NCBI GenBank assembly: GCA_963764715.1
Contig: CAVXTP010000002.1
Coordinates: 1 to 64,000 of the forward strand
DNA length: 64,000 bases
Origin: an uncultured Acidobacteriota bacterium
GTDB taxonomy: Bacteria > Acidobacteriota > Thermoanaerobaculia > UBA5066 > Gp7-AA6
Direction: 5' to 3'
Part shown: in pieces, positions 41,890 to 55,443 of the stretch
How positions within the stretch are numbered: position 1 is the stretch's first letter
How the letters are laid out: each line of letters starts with the position of its first letter
The notes under the pieces: model-generated
The model's database searches: none
What the model saw: only the letters and a program-made list of their open reading frames with translations
What the model was told of the DNA's origin: nothing
Program-made: the position numbers and the translations under genes

Positions 41890-44800
41890 GTGCTGCCGTC
41901 GAGCGCCGCCGCCGCCCCGGAGAGCCATGCCATCGCTTCGTGCCGGGAGCGGTGGCTCGAGTTCCTCGGCCTCGAGCACGAGACCCTTTCGCCGGCCGCG
42001 GACTTCGCTCGGTCGGAGGACGACCTCCTCGTTCGGCGCGACCCGGTCCGCGGCCTCCCTTTGGCCTCCCGCATCCCGCGGCCCTTCCGGGCGCCGCTCC
42101 TCCTGCAGGCGGCCGCCGCGGCCGCGTTCTTCGCATCCCGCGGCTTTCCCCTGGCGCCCGAGGACCTCGACTCCGCCGTCTGGGAGCCGGCGCGGGGTGT
42201 GCCGCGGCTCTGGCTGACGCGCACGCCCGCCTCCGTTCGATCGCCGGTCGACACTCCGGTCTCCGCCGTTCTGGCGCATGCGGCGACGCTTCTCTTCGCC
42301 CGCCCGGGCGGCCGGACGTCTCCCGGCGCGGCCCGGGAGCTCCTGTCGGCGCTGACATCCCGAGACGCGGCGTCGAGGCGAGGAGAGCACTGGGTCGCCG
42401 AGGTCTTCCGGACGTTCCCCGCGCTGGCCGAACCGGCGGCCGCGCCGGCGCGCGAGCGCACGTTCGGTCTCGGCGGCCACGCGCTGCGGAGCTTCGCCGC
42501 GCGGGCGCTCTCGGAGAAGGCGCTGGCGATCCTTCGCGGACGGGCGCCCCGCGTTTTCGAGCCGGGTCCTTCGTCGCTGACCCCCGGAGGAGCGCTTCGC
42601 CTGACGCCGCCGGTCGAAGGGACCGCGGATGCGGCGCGGAGGCTTCGCGCGCTGGCCGTCGAACGGGACGGCCGTCCGCCGGTCTGGATCGCCGCGCGCC
42701 CGGAGGCCTGGGATCCCGTGTCCCGCCGGGCCTTCGATTCGGCGCGGCGATCGCTCGGCGACGCGGTCGAAGTCGTGGTCGTCCCGGAGCACGCGGCGCT
42801 TCCCGATTCGCCCTCGGACTGGCGGCGGGCCGTCTGGGTGCCGTGCGGAAGCCTGGCCGCCTCGGTCCGCTTCTACGAGTGGCTCGCGGAGGCGGCCGCT
42901 CGGCGGGCCCGGCCGGGCCCGCGCGCTCCTTCGCCGGACGCTCGGATCCGCGGGCTGGGCGGCGTTCGTCTCCGATCCGACGGGTGACGCGCCTCTCCCG
43001 GCCGCTGCGTCCGACGTCGCCGCCGAGCCTGCCCCGCCGGCGCGCCGGCCGGAGGCGCCCGGCGACCCGGGGCGGCGCGTCGAGGATCTCCTCGACGAGG
43101 GCCGGGCGGATCTCGCAATGCGCGAGGCGGAGCGATGGGTCCGCCGTTTTCCGGGACGGCCTCCCGAGGCCTGGTTTGCTCTCGCCGCGCAACTCCAGGC
43201 CGCCGCCGCGCCGCCATTGCCGGCATGGCTCGAAGCGATCGAGGCCGAGCGCGAGATCGCGGGGGGCCGGCCGCAGGCGGCGCAGCGTGCGACTCGAACG
43301 GGTGACGCGCGCGCTCGAGGCCGACGCCGGGGAGCGGCGCCGTGCGCGCCTGCGCCTCGCCGAGGTCGCCGTGATGCTCGGGCAGACGGCGGAGGCCGCG
43401 CGTCGCGCCGCCGAATGGCGCCGGATGCATCCCGGCGCGCCCGCGGCCGAGGCGGTCCGCGCCCTGCGGCTGGGCGCCGCCGGGTTCGCGCGCGAGGGAC
43501 GCGCCGACTGCGCGCTGGCACTTGCTCGACGAGGCCGCGCGCCTCGGGGCCGCGCTGCCCGTCGGCGAGATCGTCGAGACCGCGCTCGCCCGCGCCCGGG
43601 TCTTCGCGTTCAGCGGGCGCTTCGAGGAGGAGGCGGCGGTTTACGCCGAAGTCCGGTCCCGGGCGCTCGGCTCGGGGGAGGAGGGCGTCGCGGCCCGCTT
43701 CCTCGCGCAGGAGGGCCGCGGGCTGCTCGACCGGCGCGAGTACGCGCGGGCGATCGTCCGGCTCGAGGAGGCCCTCGGCGCCGAGGCCGATCCGGGCGAG
43801 CGCGCGGCGCTCGAGCTCGACCTCGCGGCGGCGCGCTACCATGCCGGCGACGCCGCGGGAAGCGAAGCGGCCCTCGGCGAGGCGCTCGCGGCCGCGGCTT
43901 CGGCAGGACGGGAGGACCTCGCGTGGATCGCGCGTTCGAACCGCGTCGAGCTCCTCGTCAACCGGTGCGCCTGGGCCGCCGCGGAGTCGGAGATCGCCGC
44001 ACTCGGCGAGCGCGGCCGCGGCGAGCAGGACCTCACCCGGCGCCTCGTGGCGATGCACCACCGCGGCCGCCTCGCGCTGCGGCGCGGTTTTCTCGACGAA
44101 TCCGCAAGGGCCAACGCCGAGGCGCGCCGGCTCGCGGAAGAGACCGGCGACCGCCTCGAGATCGGCGAGCTCTGGCTCGAGGAAGGCGACCGGCGTCTCT
44201 ACGAGGGAGACCTCGAAGCGGCGCGCGAGGCGTGGGAAAGGGCCGCCGCCGCGCCGGCGGACCGTTCCGACCGCGAGCGCTCGGCCCGCGAGCGGCTCGT
44301 CGAAGTCTCGTGGATCGACTCGGGCGGCCCGCCGGAGGACGCCCGGCGCGAGGCGGAAGCCCTCTTCGCCCGCGAGCCGTACCTCGCCGCCGAGCGGGTC
44401 GCCCGCTGGAAGAGCCTGTACGGCGCCGAGGCCGTCCCGGCGAGCCTGCGCGACCGCGCCGCCCGCGTCCTGCGGGAACAGGGCGGCCCGGAGCTCGCGG
44501 CGCGCGTGTTCGGCGCGGCCGGAGAAGCCGTCTCGAGCGACGCGCTGCGGCAGGTCCGCGGCGCCGTGATTGCCGTGTTTTCCGGGGAGCCGCCGAACCT
44601 CGACGGCGCCCTGCCCAGACTCGGGATCTCCGGACTCTGCCTGCGCGACGCCTCGGGCCGGGAGCTGCTCGCTCTGGGAGACGCTCCCGCGCCGGCCGGG
44701 CTCGAGTGGCGCCCGGTCGACACCGGCGCCGGCCTCTACGGCCTCGCTCTCTGGCCGTCGCCGCCCCCCGAGACGGCGGCTGCGCTGACGCTCCTCCTGG

Positions 44801-45816
44801 AAACCCTGCTGCTCTCGGGCGGGATCCGCGCCGCGGCGCCGGACTTTGCGCCGGCGTGGAAGGCGCTCGGCATCGTGACGGCCGACGCGTCGATGGAGGA
44901 GCCCTACCGGCGCCTCGCGCGCTTCGCTCCGCAGGCCGTGACGGTGATGGTCCTCGGCGAGTCGGGCTCCGGCAAGGAGGCGGTCGCCCGCGCCATCCAC
45001 GGCCTCTCCCGCCGCGCGGCCGGGCCCTTCGTCGCGGTCAACGTCGCCGCGATCCCGGCCGGCGTCCTCGAGAGCGAGCTCTTCGGCCATGCGCGCGGGG
45101 CGTTCTCGGGCGCGGAACGCGAGCGGCGGGGCCTTCTCGAAGAGGCGTCCGGCGGAACGATTTTCTTCGACGAGATCGGCGACCTCGCGCTCCCACTGCA
45201 GTCGAAGCTGCTGCGCGCGCTCCAGGAGCGGGAGCTGCGCCGCGTGGGCGAGAACCGGCCGCGTCCGATCGACGCCCGCGTCGTCTCGGCCACCTCGCGC
45301 GATCTCGCGCGGGAGGTCGAGGCCGGACGGTTCCGCGAGGACCTCTTCTACCGCCTGCACGTGGGCCTCGTCCGGCTGCCGCCGTTGCGCGAGCGGGGAA
45401 GGGACGCGATTCTGCTGGCGCGGCACTTCCTCGAGCGCTACGCCCGCGAGTACGGGCGGGGCGAGCTTCGGCTGGCGCCCGAGTGCGCCGCCGCGATCGG
45501 GGTCTACGCCTGGCCCGGCAACGTGCGCGAGCTGCAGAATGCGATGGCCCAGGCCGCGGCTCTCGCCGAGCCCGGAGGGCCCGTGACCGCGGCCCTGCTG
45601 CCGGAAGCCGTCCGGCCCGCCCGCCCGCCGGCGCGCGAGGGTGGACGGACCGGCGACTATCGCGCGCGCGTCGACGCCCACCGCCGCGACCTGATCGCCG
45701 ACGCGCTCGACCGCGCCGGCGGCAACCGCAGCCGGGCCGCGCGCGATCTGGGGCTGTCGCGGCAGGCGCTGCTGTATTTGATACGGGAGCTGAAGGTGGA
45801 AGTCGGTAAGCGGTAA
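41890..45816 (+). CDS. Large sigma54-interacting (NtrC/Fis family) activator with long N-terminal helical/TPR-like region; indels ~42910, ~43285, ~43520; start uncertain
   Basis: GESGSGKE, ESELFGHARGAFSGA, FFDEIGDL, FREDLFYRL, WPGNVREL, GGNRSRAARDLGLSR HTH. Confidence 0.8.
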
Positions 45817-45893
45817 GCAGTAAGCAGTAGAAGTCAGGCGGCGAGGCGCAGACGACCCCCTGCTGCACTGCTTACTGCCTACGCTTGCCTCCT
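45804..45893. repeat. Heptamer arrays in inverted orientation (CAGTAAG ... CTTACTG); first array supplies the activator stop
   Basis: cggtaag cggtaag cagtaag cagtaga at 45804-45831; cactgcttactgcctac at ~45866-45882. Confidence 0.75.
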
Positions 45894-45909
45894 GATACCC
45901 TCTCCGCCC

Positions 45910-46593
45910 GTGATTTCGCTGCTCGACATCGTCGGCCCGGTGATGGTCGGACCGTCCTCGTCGCACACGGCCGGCGCGTGCCGGCTCTCGCACGTGGCCC
46001 GGGCGCTGCTCGAGGAGGAGCCCGTCGAGGCGCGCTTCGAGCTTCACTCCGCCTTCGCCAAGACCATGCGCGGCCACGGCACCGACCGGGCGCTCGTCGC
46101 CGGAGCGCTCGGGATGGAGGTCGACGATCCCCACCTGAAGGACGCCCTGGATCTCGCGCGCGAGCGCGGCCTCGTCTTTCAGTTCAAGCCCAGGAACATG
46201 GGGCCCGAGGCGCACCCCAACAGCGTCGCGATCTACCTGCGCGGCGCGACGCACGCGATCAAGGTCCTCGGCGCGTCGATCGGGGGCGGGATGATCGAGA
46301 TCCGCGAGGTGGACGGCTTCCCCGTGTCCCTCTCGGCCAAGGACCCCTGCATCCTGCTCTTCTACGAGGATCGTCCCGGCATGGTGATGCGGGCCTCGGA
46401 GATCATCGGCAAGCGCGGCATCAACATCGCCTCGATGGAGGTCCTCCGGCGCGGCCGGGGCGACCAGGCGTTCATGCGGATCGACCTCGACGCGCCGCTG
46501 CCCCACGAGGACGTCGCGGCGCTGAAGGCCATGCCGGGCATCCGCCGCGTTCACGTGCTCGACCGGGTCGCCGGCGGGGCGCCGATCACCTAG
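45910..46593 (+). CDS. sdaAB: L-serine dehydratase beta subunit with ACT domain
   Basis: GPVMVGPSSSHTAGA, GHGTDRA, HPNS, SIGGG, DRPG..INIA. Confidence 0.93.
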   Translation: MISLLDIVGPVMVGPSSSHTAGACRLSHVARALLEEEPVEARFELHSAFAKTMRGHGTDRALVAGALGMEVDDPHLKDALDLARERGLVFQFKPRNMGPEAHPNSVAIYLRGATHAIKVLGASIGGGMIEIREVDGFPVSLSAKDPCILLFYEDRPGMVMRASEIIGKRGINIASMEVLRRGRGDQAFMRIDLDAPLPHEDVAALKAMPGIRRVHVLDRVAGGAPIT

Positions 46594-46607
46594 ACCGAGG
46601 AGGTCGC

Positions 46608-47486
46608 GTGCATCACCTGAACAGCTTCGCCGACCTGCTGGACATCGCCGGCAAGAGCGGGCATCCGCTCGACGAGATCTTCCTCGAGCGCGAGTCCGCC
46701 GAGCGCGGCCGGCCGGCCGGGGAGATCTTCGGGGTCTTCCTCGAGCGCTGGGCGGTGATGAAGGACTCGGTCCGGCGGGGGCTCGCCGGCGGCAAGTCGC
46801 TCTCGGGGCTCGTCGGCGGCGACGCCCGCAAGGTCATCGAGTTCACCCGCGACGGCGACATCGCCGGGGGAAAGCTCGTCGCGCGGGCCATCGCGTACTC
46901 GATCGCGGTCCTCGAGGAGAACTCGCGGATGGGGATCATCGTCGCGGCGCCGACGGCCGGAGCGGCGGGCATGGTGCCGGGCACCCTGCTCGCGATCTCC
47001 GAGGAGCGCGGCTTCACCGACGAGCAAACCGCCCGCGGGCTCGTCGTGGCGGGGGGCTTCGGCGCGCTCGTGGCGGCCAAGGCCGAGCTCTCCGGGGCGG
47101 CCGGAGGCTGCCAGGCCGAGCAGGGCGTCGGCGCGGCCATGGCCGCGGGCGCGCTGGCCTACCTCCTCGGGGGAACGCCCTCGATGAGCGTCCACGCCGC
47201 GGCCCTGACGCTGCAGAACACGCTCGGCCTCGCCTGCGATCCGGTGGCGGGGCTCGTCGAGGTGCCCTGCGTCGTGCGCAACGGCTTCACCGCGATGCTC
47301 GCCCTCGCGGGGGCGCAGACGGCTCTCGCCGGAGTGGAGAGCGTGATCCCGATGGACGAGGTCGTCGAGGCGATGGTCAAGATCGGCGAGGCCATGCCCC
47401 GGTCCCTGAAGGAAACCGCCGACGGCGGGCTCGCCATGACGCCGACCGGCTGCCGGATCCGGACCCAGCTCTACTCGATCCGGTGA
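46608..47486 (+). CDS. sdaAA: L-serine dehydratase alpha subunit (Fe-S)
   Basis: AAPTAGAAG, GGCQAE, LGLACDPVAGLVEVPCVVRN, ETADGGLA; GAGGAGG RBS. Confidence 0.93.
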   Translation: MHHLNSFADLLDIAGKSGHPLDEIFLERESAERGRPAGEIFGVFLERWAVMKDSVRRGLAGGKSLSGLVGGDARKVIEFTRDGDIAGGKLVARAIAYSIAVLEENSRMGIIVAAPTAGAAGMVPGTLLAISEERGFTDEQTARGLVVAGGFGALVAAKAELSGAAGGCQAEQGVGAAMAAGALAYLLGGTPSMSVHAAALTLQNTLGLACDPVAGLVEVPCVVRNGFTAMLALAGAQTALAGVESVIPMDEVVEAMVKIGEAMPRSLKETADGGLAMTPTGCRIRTQLYSIR

Positions 47487-49378
47487 GCCACGCGCGTCTC
47501 CGGGCTTCCTGGGCGCTGCTGCTCGCCGGGGCGTGCCTGCTCGTCTACGCCAACGCCCTGCCGGGCGGGTTCGTCTACGACGACAAGGCCATCGTCCGCG
47601 ACAACTTCCGCATCCGCGCGCCCTCGCGGGTCGACGAGATCTTCACGACCCAGTACTTCGGCGGCCCCCCGGGCACCGGCACGGCCTACCGTCCGCTGCT
47701 CCTGCTCTCGTTCGCGGTCGAGTGGTGGATCCATGGCGCCGACGCGCTGACGTTCCATGCCGTCAACGTCCTCTTCCACGTCGCCGCGACGCTGCTCCTG
47801 GCCTCGCTGCTCCTGCGCCTGGGGATGCCGCCGCCCGTCGCCGTCGGGGCGGCCCTCCTCTTCGCCGTTCACCCGGTCCACGTCGAGGCGGTGGCGAGCC
47901 TCGTCGGACGGGGAGAGACGCAGGCGGCCGTCCTGCTGCTCGGCTCGCTTCTCCTGGCGCTGCGCTTCGTCGAGGGGAGGGGGCGCCGGTGGATCGCGCT
48001 CGCGCTCGCGCTCCTGTGCTACCTCGCGGCCAACCTGACGAAGGAAAGCGCGGCGGTGGCGCCGGCGCTCCTCTTTCTCGGGCTCGCGTTCATGGCCGAG
48101 GGAAGCCTCGCGGCGCGGTTCGCGCGGGCGCTCCGCCGGGGGCTCGCCTATTACGCCGGCTCGGCCGCGGCGCTCGGCGTCGTCTTCGCGGTCCGAGCCC
48201 GCGTCCTCGGCGGGGCGCTGAAGGCCGGCCACACCGGCATCTTCGAGCTCGAGAACGCCCTCGCGCCGCTGCCGCCGCTGCTGCGGGCCTCGAACGCCTG
48301 CGTCCTTTTCTTCCGGATGCTCGGCCGCCTCGTCCTGCCGCTGCGGCTCTCGTCGGACGAGTCGGCCTGGTCGATCCGGCCCGTCTCGGCGCGGGACGTT
48401 CTCGCGTGGGCCGCGCCGCTTCTCGCCGCCGCGCTCGTCACGGCCGCCGTCGGGCGCCTGCGCGACGCGTCGATCCCCGCGTTCGGGCTCCTCTTTCTCG
48501 CGGTCGCCGCGCTGCCGACCTCGAATCTGCTCTTTGCGACCGGCACGATCTTCGCCGAGCGCCTCGCGTACCTTCCCTCGGCCGGCCTGTGCCTGATTCT
48601 CGCGGCGTGGATCGGCGGAGGGGCCCGGGGCTTCGAGGCGCTCCCGCGCGCGCGTCTCGTGCTGCTCGCGGCGGTCGTCGTGGCCTTCGGTGCGCGGACG
48701 ATCGTCCGCAACCCCGTGTGGCAGAGCGACGAGACGCTCTTCACGAACATGGTGCGGGTGTCGCCCGGGAGCGCGAAGGCCCACTACGATTACGCCTACA
48801 TGTCGGCCGAGGCGAGGCAGCCGCGCCGGGCGCTCGTTCACTACGTGCGGGCCACCGAGATCTATCCGGGCTACTGGGACGCGTGGGCGGGACGCGGCCG
48901 CATGGAGCGCGAGCTCGGCGATCCGGCCGCCGCCGAGAAGTCCTGTCTCGAGGCGATCCGGATCAACCCGGCCTACGAGAATGGCTACTTCGGTCTGGGG
49001 ATGGCGCGCGAGGCGAGGGGAGATCGGAACGGCGCGGAGCAGGCCTATCGCGAGGGGCTGCGTCGCGTTCCCCGTTCCCTCGCGCTCGCCTACCGCTTCG
49101 CGTTGCTCGTCGCGGCGCAGGGCCGTCCCGAGGCGCTCTTCGCTTGGCGCCGCACGCTCACGATCGAGCCCCGGTCGGTCGCGTCGCAGCGGGGCCTGAA
49201 GGAGTGGCTGGAACGGAGCGCGGCGCCGGTCAGTGGATCCGCTGGTCCGGGGGAAGCTCGGTCGGGCGCGTCTCCGCCGGGCCCGGCCCGGCCGGAAGGG
49301 CCTCGCGGCGACGGCGGGCCGCGCGCTCGGCCACCCGCGGATACCGGCGGTGGTACAGCATCAGGGCCCCGTGCATGA
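47483..49378 (+). CDS. TMTC/DUF1736-like GT-C membrane glycosyltransferase with C-terminal TPRs
   Basis: FVYDD, YRPL, LFAVHPVHVEAV..LVGR, KES, AERLAYLPS, RNPVWQSDETLF, TPRs; 3' end overlaps the convergent gene by ~150 nt. Confidence 0.8.
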   Translation: MSHARLRASWALLLAGACLLVYANALPGGFVYDDKAIVRDNFRIRAPSRVDEIFTTQYFGGPPGTGTAYRPLLLLSFAVEWWIHGADALTFHAVNVLFHVAATLLLASLLLRLGMPPPVAVGAALLFAVHPVHVEAVASLVGRGETQAAVLLLGSLLLALRFVEGRGRRWIALALALLCYLAANLTKESAAVAPALLFLGLAFMAEGSLAARFARALRRGLAYYAGSAAALGVVFAVRARVLGGALKAGHTGIFELENALAPLPPLLRASNACVLFFRMLGRLVLPLRLSSDESAWSIRPVSARDVLAWAAPLLAAALVTAAVGRLRDASIPAFGLLFLAVAALPTSNLLFATGTIFAERLAYLPSAGLCLILAAWIGGGARGFEALPRARLVLLAAVVVAFGARTIVRNPVWQSDETLFTNMVRVSPGSAKAHYDYAYMSAEARQPRRALVHYVRATEIYPGYWDAWAGRGRMERELGDPAAAEKSCLEAIRINPAYENGYFGLGMAREARGDRNGAEQAYREGLRRVPRSLALAYRFALLVAAQGRPEALFAWRRTLTIEPRSVASQRGLKEWLERSAAPVSGSAGPGEARSGASPPGPARPEGPRGDGGPRARPPADTGGGTASGPRA

Positions 49379-49856
49379 GGGCGTAGGCGCCGACCGCGAC
49401 GATGATCGCGAGCAGCGACGTCCCGACGAGAAACGACGCCAGGCGGGGTTGAAAGCCCGGCCCCCGGAACGAGACCCAGAAGTCGTTGTGGAGGATTCGC
49501 TCCCAGCGCAGCGGCGGCACGCGCGAGGGATCGTGTCCGAGCAGGACGCGGCCCAGCCGGTACCCCACGGCGAAGAAGGGCGGGAGCGTCCACGGGTTGC
49601 CGACGAGCGAGCCGAGAACCGTGTCGAGCTTGTTGAGCCGGAACGCCAGCGCCAGGACGATCGCGAGGATGAAGTGGAAGCCGATGAACGGCGAGAGCCC
49701 GACACCGACGCCGACCGCGATCGCCGCGGCGACCCGCTCCGGGGGCTGCTCGCGCCCCATGAGGTCGAGAAGGATCTTGAGCCGCCGCCGCTTCCAGGAC
49801 CGGCGCCGCCGCGTCGCCGCGCTCGGCGTCGGCGGAGGGGCCGCATCTTCCGTCAT
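49230..49856 (-). CDS. DUF2062 family membrane protein
   Basis: PERVAAAIAVGVGVGLSPFIG, RLNK, VGNPWT. Confidence 0.8.
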   Translation of the reverse strand: MTEDAAPPPTPSAATRRRRSWKRRRLKILLDLMGREQPPERVAAAIAVGVGVGLSPFIGFHFILAIVLALAFRLNKLDTVLGSLVGNPWTLPPFFAVGYRLGRVLLGHDPSRVPPLRWERILHNDFWVSFRGPGFQPRLASFLVGTSLLAIIVAVGAYALMHGALMLYHRRYPRVAERAARRRREALPAGPGPAETRPTELPPDQRIH

Positions 49857-50859
49857 CGCACGGCCTCGAAGTGGTCGTGGCCGAGCTCGGCGATCTCGCG
49901 CTCCCCACGGGGACCCGACAGCGCCGCCCCGGCGCCGGGCGCGACCCGGCCGATGGCGCGGACCGTCATCTTCAGGGCCGACGCACGCTCGTCGAAGCGC
50001 TCCGCGTCGGCCGCGGGGACGGTGAAGAGCAGCTCGTAGTCGTCGCCCCCGGCGACCGCGAAGTCGACGGGATCGATCTCTTCCGCCGCGGCGAACGCGA
50101 GGAGGGCCGACGAGACCGGCAGGTGCTCCCGCTCGAGCACGAGGCGGACGCCCGAGGCGCGCGCCAGCCGGCCGGCGTCGACTCCCAGTCCGTCGGAGAC
50201 GTCGATCGCGGCGGTCGCGAAGCCCTCGCGCGCCAGGAGCAGGCCGAGGGAAATCCGCGGCGTGGGTTCGTGGAAGGCGGCGAGCAGGCGCCGCTGGTGA
50301 TCGGCCGAGAGCTCGGCGAAGCGCGCGGCGGGGGAGTGGAACGCGGCGATCTTCTGGGCCAGGCGCAGGCCCGCGGCCGCGTCACCCGGGTGCCCCGAGA
50401 CGTAGACGACGTCCCCGACGCGGGCGCCGGAGCGGGTCAGCGGCTGGCCGACGGGGCGCCCCCAGAAGGCCCCGGTGACGACGACCTGGGGCGCCGAGGA
50501 GAGGTCCCCCCCGACGAGCCGGGCGCCGAATTCGGCGGCGCGGGCCGCGGCGCCGCGGGTGATCGCGAGCGGAAGCTCCTCGCCGCGCTCGGGCGGAAAC
50601 CCGACGGCGAGCAGGAAGAACTCGGGCTCGGCCCCCATCGCGGCGAGGTCCGACAGGTTCACGGCCGCGACCCGGCGGCCCAGCCGCTCCGGGTCCTCGT
50701 CCGGCAGGAAGTCGATGCCCTCGACCAGCATGTCGGTCGTCGCCGCGAGCAGTCCCGCCTCCCGCGCCACGACGGCGGCGTCGTCGCCCGGTCCGATCCA
50801 GACCGGACCGCCGGGGAGGGCGAGGGCCGCGAGCTTTACGACGAGCCGGTCTTCGGGTT

Positions 50860-50863
<4 letters not shown>
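49853..50863 (-). CDS. thiL: Thiamine-monophosphate kinase
   Basis: GPGDDAA, VNLSDLAAMGA, LVGGD, IDVSDGL, GGDDYELLFT. Confidence 0.93.
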
Positions 50864-53343
<2,480 letters not shown>

Positions 53344-53353
53344 GGGGATTCCG

Positions 53354-53827
53354 TTACTCCTCTTGTTCCGCGTGGACCGGAATGTCGATTTCCTTTTCGC
53401 GCAGGTCCGGCACCCGCGGGAGCACGATCTCGAGGATTCCGTGCTGGATCTTCGTCCGGGCGTGATGGGAGTTGACCGGGCGCGGCAGGGGGACCGATTT
53501 CACGAAGCTCCCGAAGTAGCGCTCCATGCAGAAGAAGCGCATGCTCTCGCGCGCCCGGACCCGTCCCTTCTTCGTCCCGCGGATCATGACCACCTTGCCC
53601 CGGATCGACACGCGGACGTCGCCGGCCTCGACGCCCGGCAGCTCCACCAGGATGCGGATCGTCTCGCCGTCATCGAGCACGTCGACGTTGGGGTCCCAGG
53701 ATGTCCCGGCCGGAGCGCCGCCCGCGTTGTTGGCGTCCACGAAGGCGGCGAAGAGGCGGTTGAGCTCGCCCTGGAGGCGCGAGAGCTCCACGATGGGGCC
53801 GTAGAAGCGGGCGGTGCGTTTCACCAT
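53354..53827 (-). CDS. Hsp20/alpha-crystallin small heat-shock protein
   Basis: PNVDV, ELPGV, ERYFGSF, GILEIVLP. Confidence 0.9.
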   Translation of the reverse strand: MVKRTARFYGPIVELSRLQGELNRLFAAFVDANNAGGAPAGTSWDPNVDVLDDGETIRILVELPGVEAGDVRVSIRGKVVMIRGTKKGRVRARESMRFFCMERYFGSFVKSVPLPRPVNSHHARTKIQHGILEIVLPRVPDLREKEIDIPVHAEQEE

Positions 53828-53836
53828 GGGGAATCC

Positions 53837-53933
53837 GGCGGCAGGCGGCGGGCGGCGGCGGGCGGCAGGCCATCCCCGGGCCACCCTGCGTCCTGCCTCC
53901 TGCGTCCTGCCTCCTGCCTCCCGCTCCCGCTCC
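53837..53933. repeat. Inverted heptamer arrays (GGCGGCA ... CCTGCCT) filling the nrdR-hsp20 spacer
   Basis: ggcggca ggcggcg ggcggcg .. ggcggca, then cctgcgt cctgcct cctgcgt cctgcct cctgcct. Confidence 0.75.
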
Positions 53934-54404
53934 TCACGACGTGACCTTCTCCCCCCGCCCGATGAGGTTCTTCAGCTCGTGCAGGAACTCGTCGACGTCC
54001 TCGAACTTGCGGTAGACCGACGCGAAGCGGACGTAGGCGACCTTGTCGATTTCGCGCAGGCGGTCCATGACGATGGCCCCGATCCGGGTGGTCGGGATCT
54101 CCCGCTCCTCGGAGTCGTGGAGCAAGCCCTCGATCTCATCGACGATCTTGTCGAGGCCGACCGGCGAGACCGGACGCTTTTCGCAGGCCTTCACGAGGCC
54201 CGAGCGGAGCTTGTTGCGGTCGAAGCGCTCCCGCCGGCCGTCGTTCTTGACGACCATGTAGGGGATCTCCTCGATCGTCTCGTAGGAGGTGAACCGGCGG
54301 TTGCAGGCCGTGCATTCGCGGCGCCGCCGGATGACCTCGCCCTCGCGGCTCTCGCGGGAGTCCACGACCCGGTCGTCCACCGCGGCGCAGAACGGGCACT
54401 TCAC
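53934..54404 (-). CDS. nrdR: Transcriptional repressor NrdR
   Basis: MKCPFC, VVDSR, RRRREC..C..RFTSYE, AYVRFASVY. Confidence 0.97.
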   Translation of the reverse strand: MKCPFCAAVDDRVVDSRESREGEVIRRRRECTACNRRFTSYETIEEIPYMVVKNDGRRERFDRNKLRSGLVKACEKRPVSPVGLDKIVDEIEGLLHDSEEREIPTTRIGAIVMDRLREIDKVAYVRFASVYRKFEDVDEFLHELKNLIGRGEKVTS

Positions 54405-54426
54405 GCCCCGAAGAGTATCGCTTTTG

Positions 54427-55443
54427 CTACTCCGCGGTCTCCCGCTCGAGGTCCCGGAGCCTCTCCCGGCGCCAGGGGCTTCCGGCGAAGAGCGCGAATC
54501 CGATGATCGAAATCGGCACGAAGGAGACGGCGTGCGCGATGAGGGCGACTCCGGTCGCCGCCGCGACGGGAACGTGAAAGACGTTGGTCAGCGCGAACTG
54601 GACCGCGGCGTGGTACCCGCCGACGCCGCCCGGGGTGGGCACGACCAGGCCGAGGACGGCCGCGGTCGTGACGACGTAGGCGGCCGAGAGCGGCAGCGTC
54701 AGTCCGAAGGCCCGGAGGACGCAGTAGATCTGGACGTTGATGACGAGCCACATCGCGAGCGAGCCGGCGGCCACGAGGGCCGCCAGGCGCGGCGTCTTCA
54801 GCGACGCGAAGCCGTCGAGGAACGTGTGGGCGATCCGGCGCGCCAGCGGCCGCCAGCGCGCGGGCAGGACCCGGAAGGCGGCCTCGAAGATGCGCTCGGT
54901 CGTCCCCCGCCAGACGACGGCGAAAAGCGCGAGGAGAACGGCGCCGAGGGCGACGGCGGCCGCGACGAGGCGGATCCGGCCGGACGAGAACGAGCCCATG
55001 GCCGCCGCATCCGGACCGACGAGAGCCAGGCCGAAAAAGGAGAGCTGGGCGAGGGCGTCGAGCACGCGCTCGAAGAAGATGGAGGCGAGCAGCGCGGGGA
55101 AGGGGAGACCGCGCTCGCGGGCAAGCATGGCCGGCCGGAGGACCTCGCCGGCTCGCGCGGGAAGCACCGTATTGGCCGCAAAGCCGACGGCGGTGGCTCG
55201 AAACGCGGGGTAGAACGGAACCCGCCCGACCGGACGCAGGATCCAGATCCACCGCTGCGTCCGGAAGTAGAAGGTCAGGAGCGAGAACCCGATGCTCGCC
55301 GCGAGCCACTTCGGGGAGATTGCCGCGATCTGGCGGCCAATCTCCGAGAGGGGGACCCTCGACAGGAAGAAGGCGAACAGCGCCGCCGCGAGGATGATCG
55401 AGACCGTCGCCTGGAAGCGGCGCGAGCGGAGGATTTCGTTCAT
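54427..55443 (-). CDS. Lysylphosphatidylglycerol-synthase TM / flippase-like (UPF0104) membrane protein
   Basis: RW..IL, GFAANTVLPARAGEVLR, ERVLD, PTPGGVG. Confidence 0.85.
   Translation of the reverse strand: MNEILRSRRFQATVSIILAAALFAFFLSRVPLSEIGRQIAAISPKWLAASIGFSLLTFYFRTQRWIWILRPVGRVPFYPAFRATAVGFAANTVLPARAGEVLRPAMLARERGLPFPALLASIFFERVLDALAQLSFFGLALVGPDAAAMGSFSSGRIRLVAAAVALGAVLLALFAVVWRGTTERIFEAAFRVLPARWRPLARRIAHTFLDGFASLKTPRLAALVAAGSLAMWLVINVQIYCVLRAFGLTLPLSAAYVVTTAAVLGLVVPTPGGVGGYHAAVQFALTNVFHVPVAAATGVALIAHAVSFVPISIIGFALFAGSPWRRERLRDLERETAE

Noticed and set aside
639-45816. Many frameshifts read as pseudogenes or programmed recoding
   Set aside because: Single-base indels mostly in G/C runs, hitting housekeeping genes (aroA, ugd, mrp, mlaE) whose motifs are otherwise intact; best explained as long-read consensus error
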